A DNA stretch of 64,000 nucleotides from Trichinella spiralis (taxonomy: Eukaryota). Of this stretch, positions 61,879 through 64,000 are shown in pieces (position 1 is the stretch's first letter; every line of letters begins with the position of its first letter). Position numbers and translations under genes: made by a program. The stretch is taken from NCBI RefSeq assembly GCF_000181795.1, contig NW_003526940.1:1778571-1842570 (forward strand), read 5' to 3'. Below the pieces are notes generated by a model. That model did not search any database. It was not told the origin of the DNA and worked only from the letters and a program-made list of their open reading frames with translations.

Positions 61879-63466
61879 ATGTTCATATCAATAATTGTTA
61901 TCTTGATTTCGGTGAGAACTTGTATTGCGCAGGTTGCAACATGTAAAGACGATGATAACGTCGATGTAGATTGGTAAGCCTATTGAAGTACTGTCTGATA
62001 AAATTCAGAATTCTACCAAAGCAGTCTATGCAAAATAAATCATCAGTTAAAAAATTTCATGCATTGGAAGCAAAATTGGTAGATTAACAATTTATCTGAT
62101 TAGTACTATTTGAAAAAATATAAAATTACAGAAAAAAAGTTATCCGCATTCATAGAATCATGAATTAAAATTTTTTGTCATCGCAATGCTTATCTGCTAT
62201 ACAATAGTTGCACTTTAGGTACTTTGTATATAAGCCTCCAAATGTGTTAAGCTCCAAACTTTTGAAATCAGCAGGAAATCCAGCTTGGGCGCCTTCTAGG
62301 CAAAATATTAATCAAAACGCAGGCCATTCAATAATTAGAACAATGGCAAGTTTTGTACAGTTCCAGAGAGAAATTAATGTTCTGGCATATAGTGACGATC
62401 CACCAAACTTGCCTCCTAGAAATGAAAAAAGCAAATCGAAAGGTAATTTTAGATTTGATAAATAACTAAAAAGATTAATTAAATTTATGTACTGTTTTTA
62501 GGAGTTCTTTTAGTGCGCAGTGCAGCGAATGAAGCTGCGTGGTTTGTACACACAGTTCCTAATTTTCTGGCATATCTTAGTGCTTATGCTTGGCCAGCAG
62601 CGGAAACGCCTAAAGGGCATATGTTTTTGTGTATTTCTTTTAGCAGTGCTCTTTTGAATTCTGTTGGTATGACAATACATTTTATCATTTCCATAAAATA
62701 TTATATTACAATTTTGTGATTGTAATTTTGAATACCTATCAACTACTCAAATTCTTTTTGCGCATTTGCATTTAATTAATCAGAAATTTTCAATTTTAAG
62801 GTAAAGCAATTCGATACCAAGAACCATACGTATATGCAAATAATTTACCTGCTGCAATTTTGAATCAAAATATGGAACTGTCTAATTTGATAAACGGTAT
62901 TGACGTTCGAGTAACATCTTTTCTGGCACATGAAAGATTTGCAACAAAATCTGCACAAGCTGTGGCAAATATTCAAGCTTTTGGGAAACATTCAAAATCA
63001 TTTGCAGGTTATTACTTTTCTATTCAAACATCAAATATCTCTATATGATATTCAATTATTTAGATATGTATGCAAGGATTTTGAGAAATAGATTTGCCGC
63101 AAGCATCATGGTATGGTCACCTGCTGATGCAAGATCAAAATCAATTTGCAAAGGACAACATAAACTTCAAAAAATTACTTCAATACAACTTGATGGTGTT
63201 CAAGTGAGCCGTGAAGCTGATAGCGCAAAGTGGGCACTAATTGACGGAAAGAACACTGTTTGTTTCACAACAAATGATTATACAGTAAATTTTTGATATA
63301 AAATCATTTTATAATATATTTTTGAAATATTTCCACAGTTTATATCTTTCCATTATTTTAGGCTACTGATAAACGGACTCCCGGAGCAGCTGTTTGTTTA
63401 GAAAATGCTGGTGTTTATAACGCTTTCCGTACAGCAGCACTTAATGTTGAAGCATGCAATAATTGA
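61879..63466 (+). CDS. Secreted DNase II-family protein, copy 3 (different subfamily)
   Basis: MFISIIVILISVRTCIAQVATC...VDW|YFVYKPP, AYSDDPP, AWFVHTVPNF, GHMFLCIS, IRYQEPYVY, ADSAKWA, PGAAVCLE...EACNN*. Confidence 0.93.
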
Positions 63467-64000
63467 TTCTCAATGGTTCTAACTTTTATTCTCTTTTGTG
63501 GTTTGTGAAAATTATCTAGCATTTTAATTTTCTTTCATTTTTATTATTTGAAAATATGAATCTTATTTTAAATTATAATGGCTTTTTAAATGTTTGGGAT
63601 TTTTAAATTTTTGTCAACTTTTGAAAATAAAACATCTATTTTATATTCACAAGTTTTTAAATGAACTGTTACTACCAAAAGAATTTTGTGTTTTTTACTA
63701 TCTCATCTGCTTGAAGCTGCAATACAAATTGAAATTTATATATTTCAGGTAAATTATTGCCGCTTTTTTAATTATGAGTTTATTTTGCAACTGTGAAATA
63801 ATTATAAATACTGCCTATTTTCATCTTAATTTTGGTTTAGGCATTCAGTATTTGTTTGAAGTAGTAAATAATTCACTAAGAAATTGCAGAAATATCCCCC
63901 TACTGTTCAGATTTAATAATGAAATTTTACTAGCATCATTTTGAAGGATATGCTTTATTTGCAATGTATTCTGCCAAAACAGTGCCGTGTTACGAGACTG

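Overview
AT-rich, intron-dense eukaryotic DNA, most consistent with a Trichinella (clade I nematode) draft scaffold, judged from the expanded His-less DNase II family, short GT-AG introns and FLYWCH-MULE relics. In order: mitochondrial ATP synthase gamma (+, 5'-partial); near-intronless HDAC3 (-) with a foldback element on its 5' end; BUD13 (+); an orphan acidic ORF (+); Smad4 (-); a piggyBac relic; an 11-exon secreted-protein gene of which the ORF track catches only one exon, with all 10 introns in phase 0 (micro-exon-gene-like, the most striking item); SAS-4/CENPJ (-); a core histone quartet (H4, H2A, H2B, H3) with 3' stem-loops; a low-quality, relic-rich stretch; a divergent RBBP4/7 paralog (-); NARFL/CIAO3 (+, cut by a gap); and three secreted DNase II-family genes lacking the catalytic histidines. 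Gaps lie at about 17.8, 48.6-49.5 and 60.7-61.0 kb. Exon boundaries were read by eye and family calls rest on recognised motifs, not database searches.
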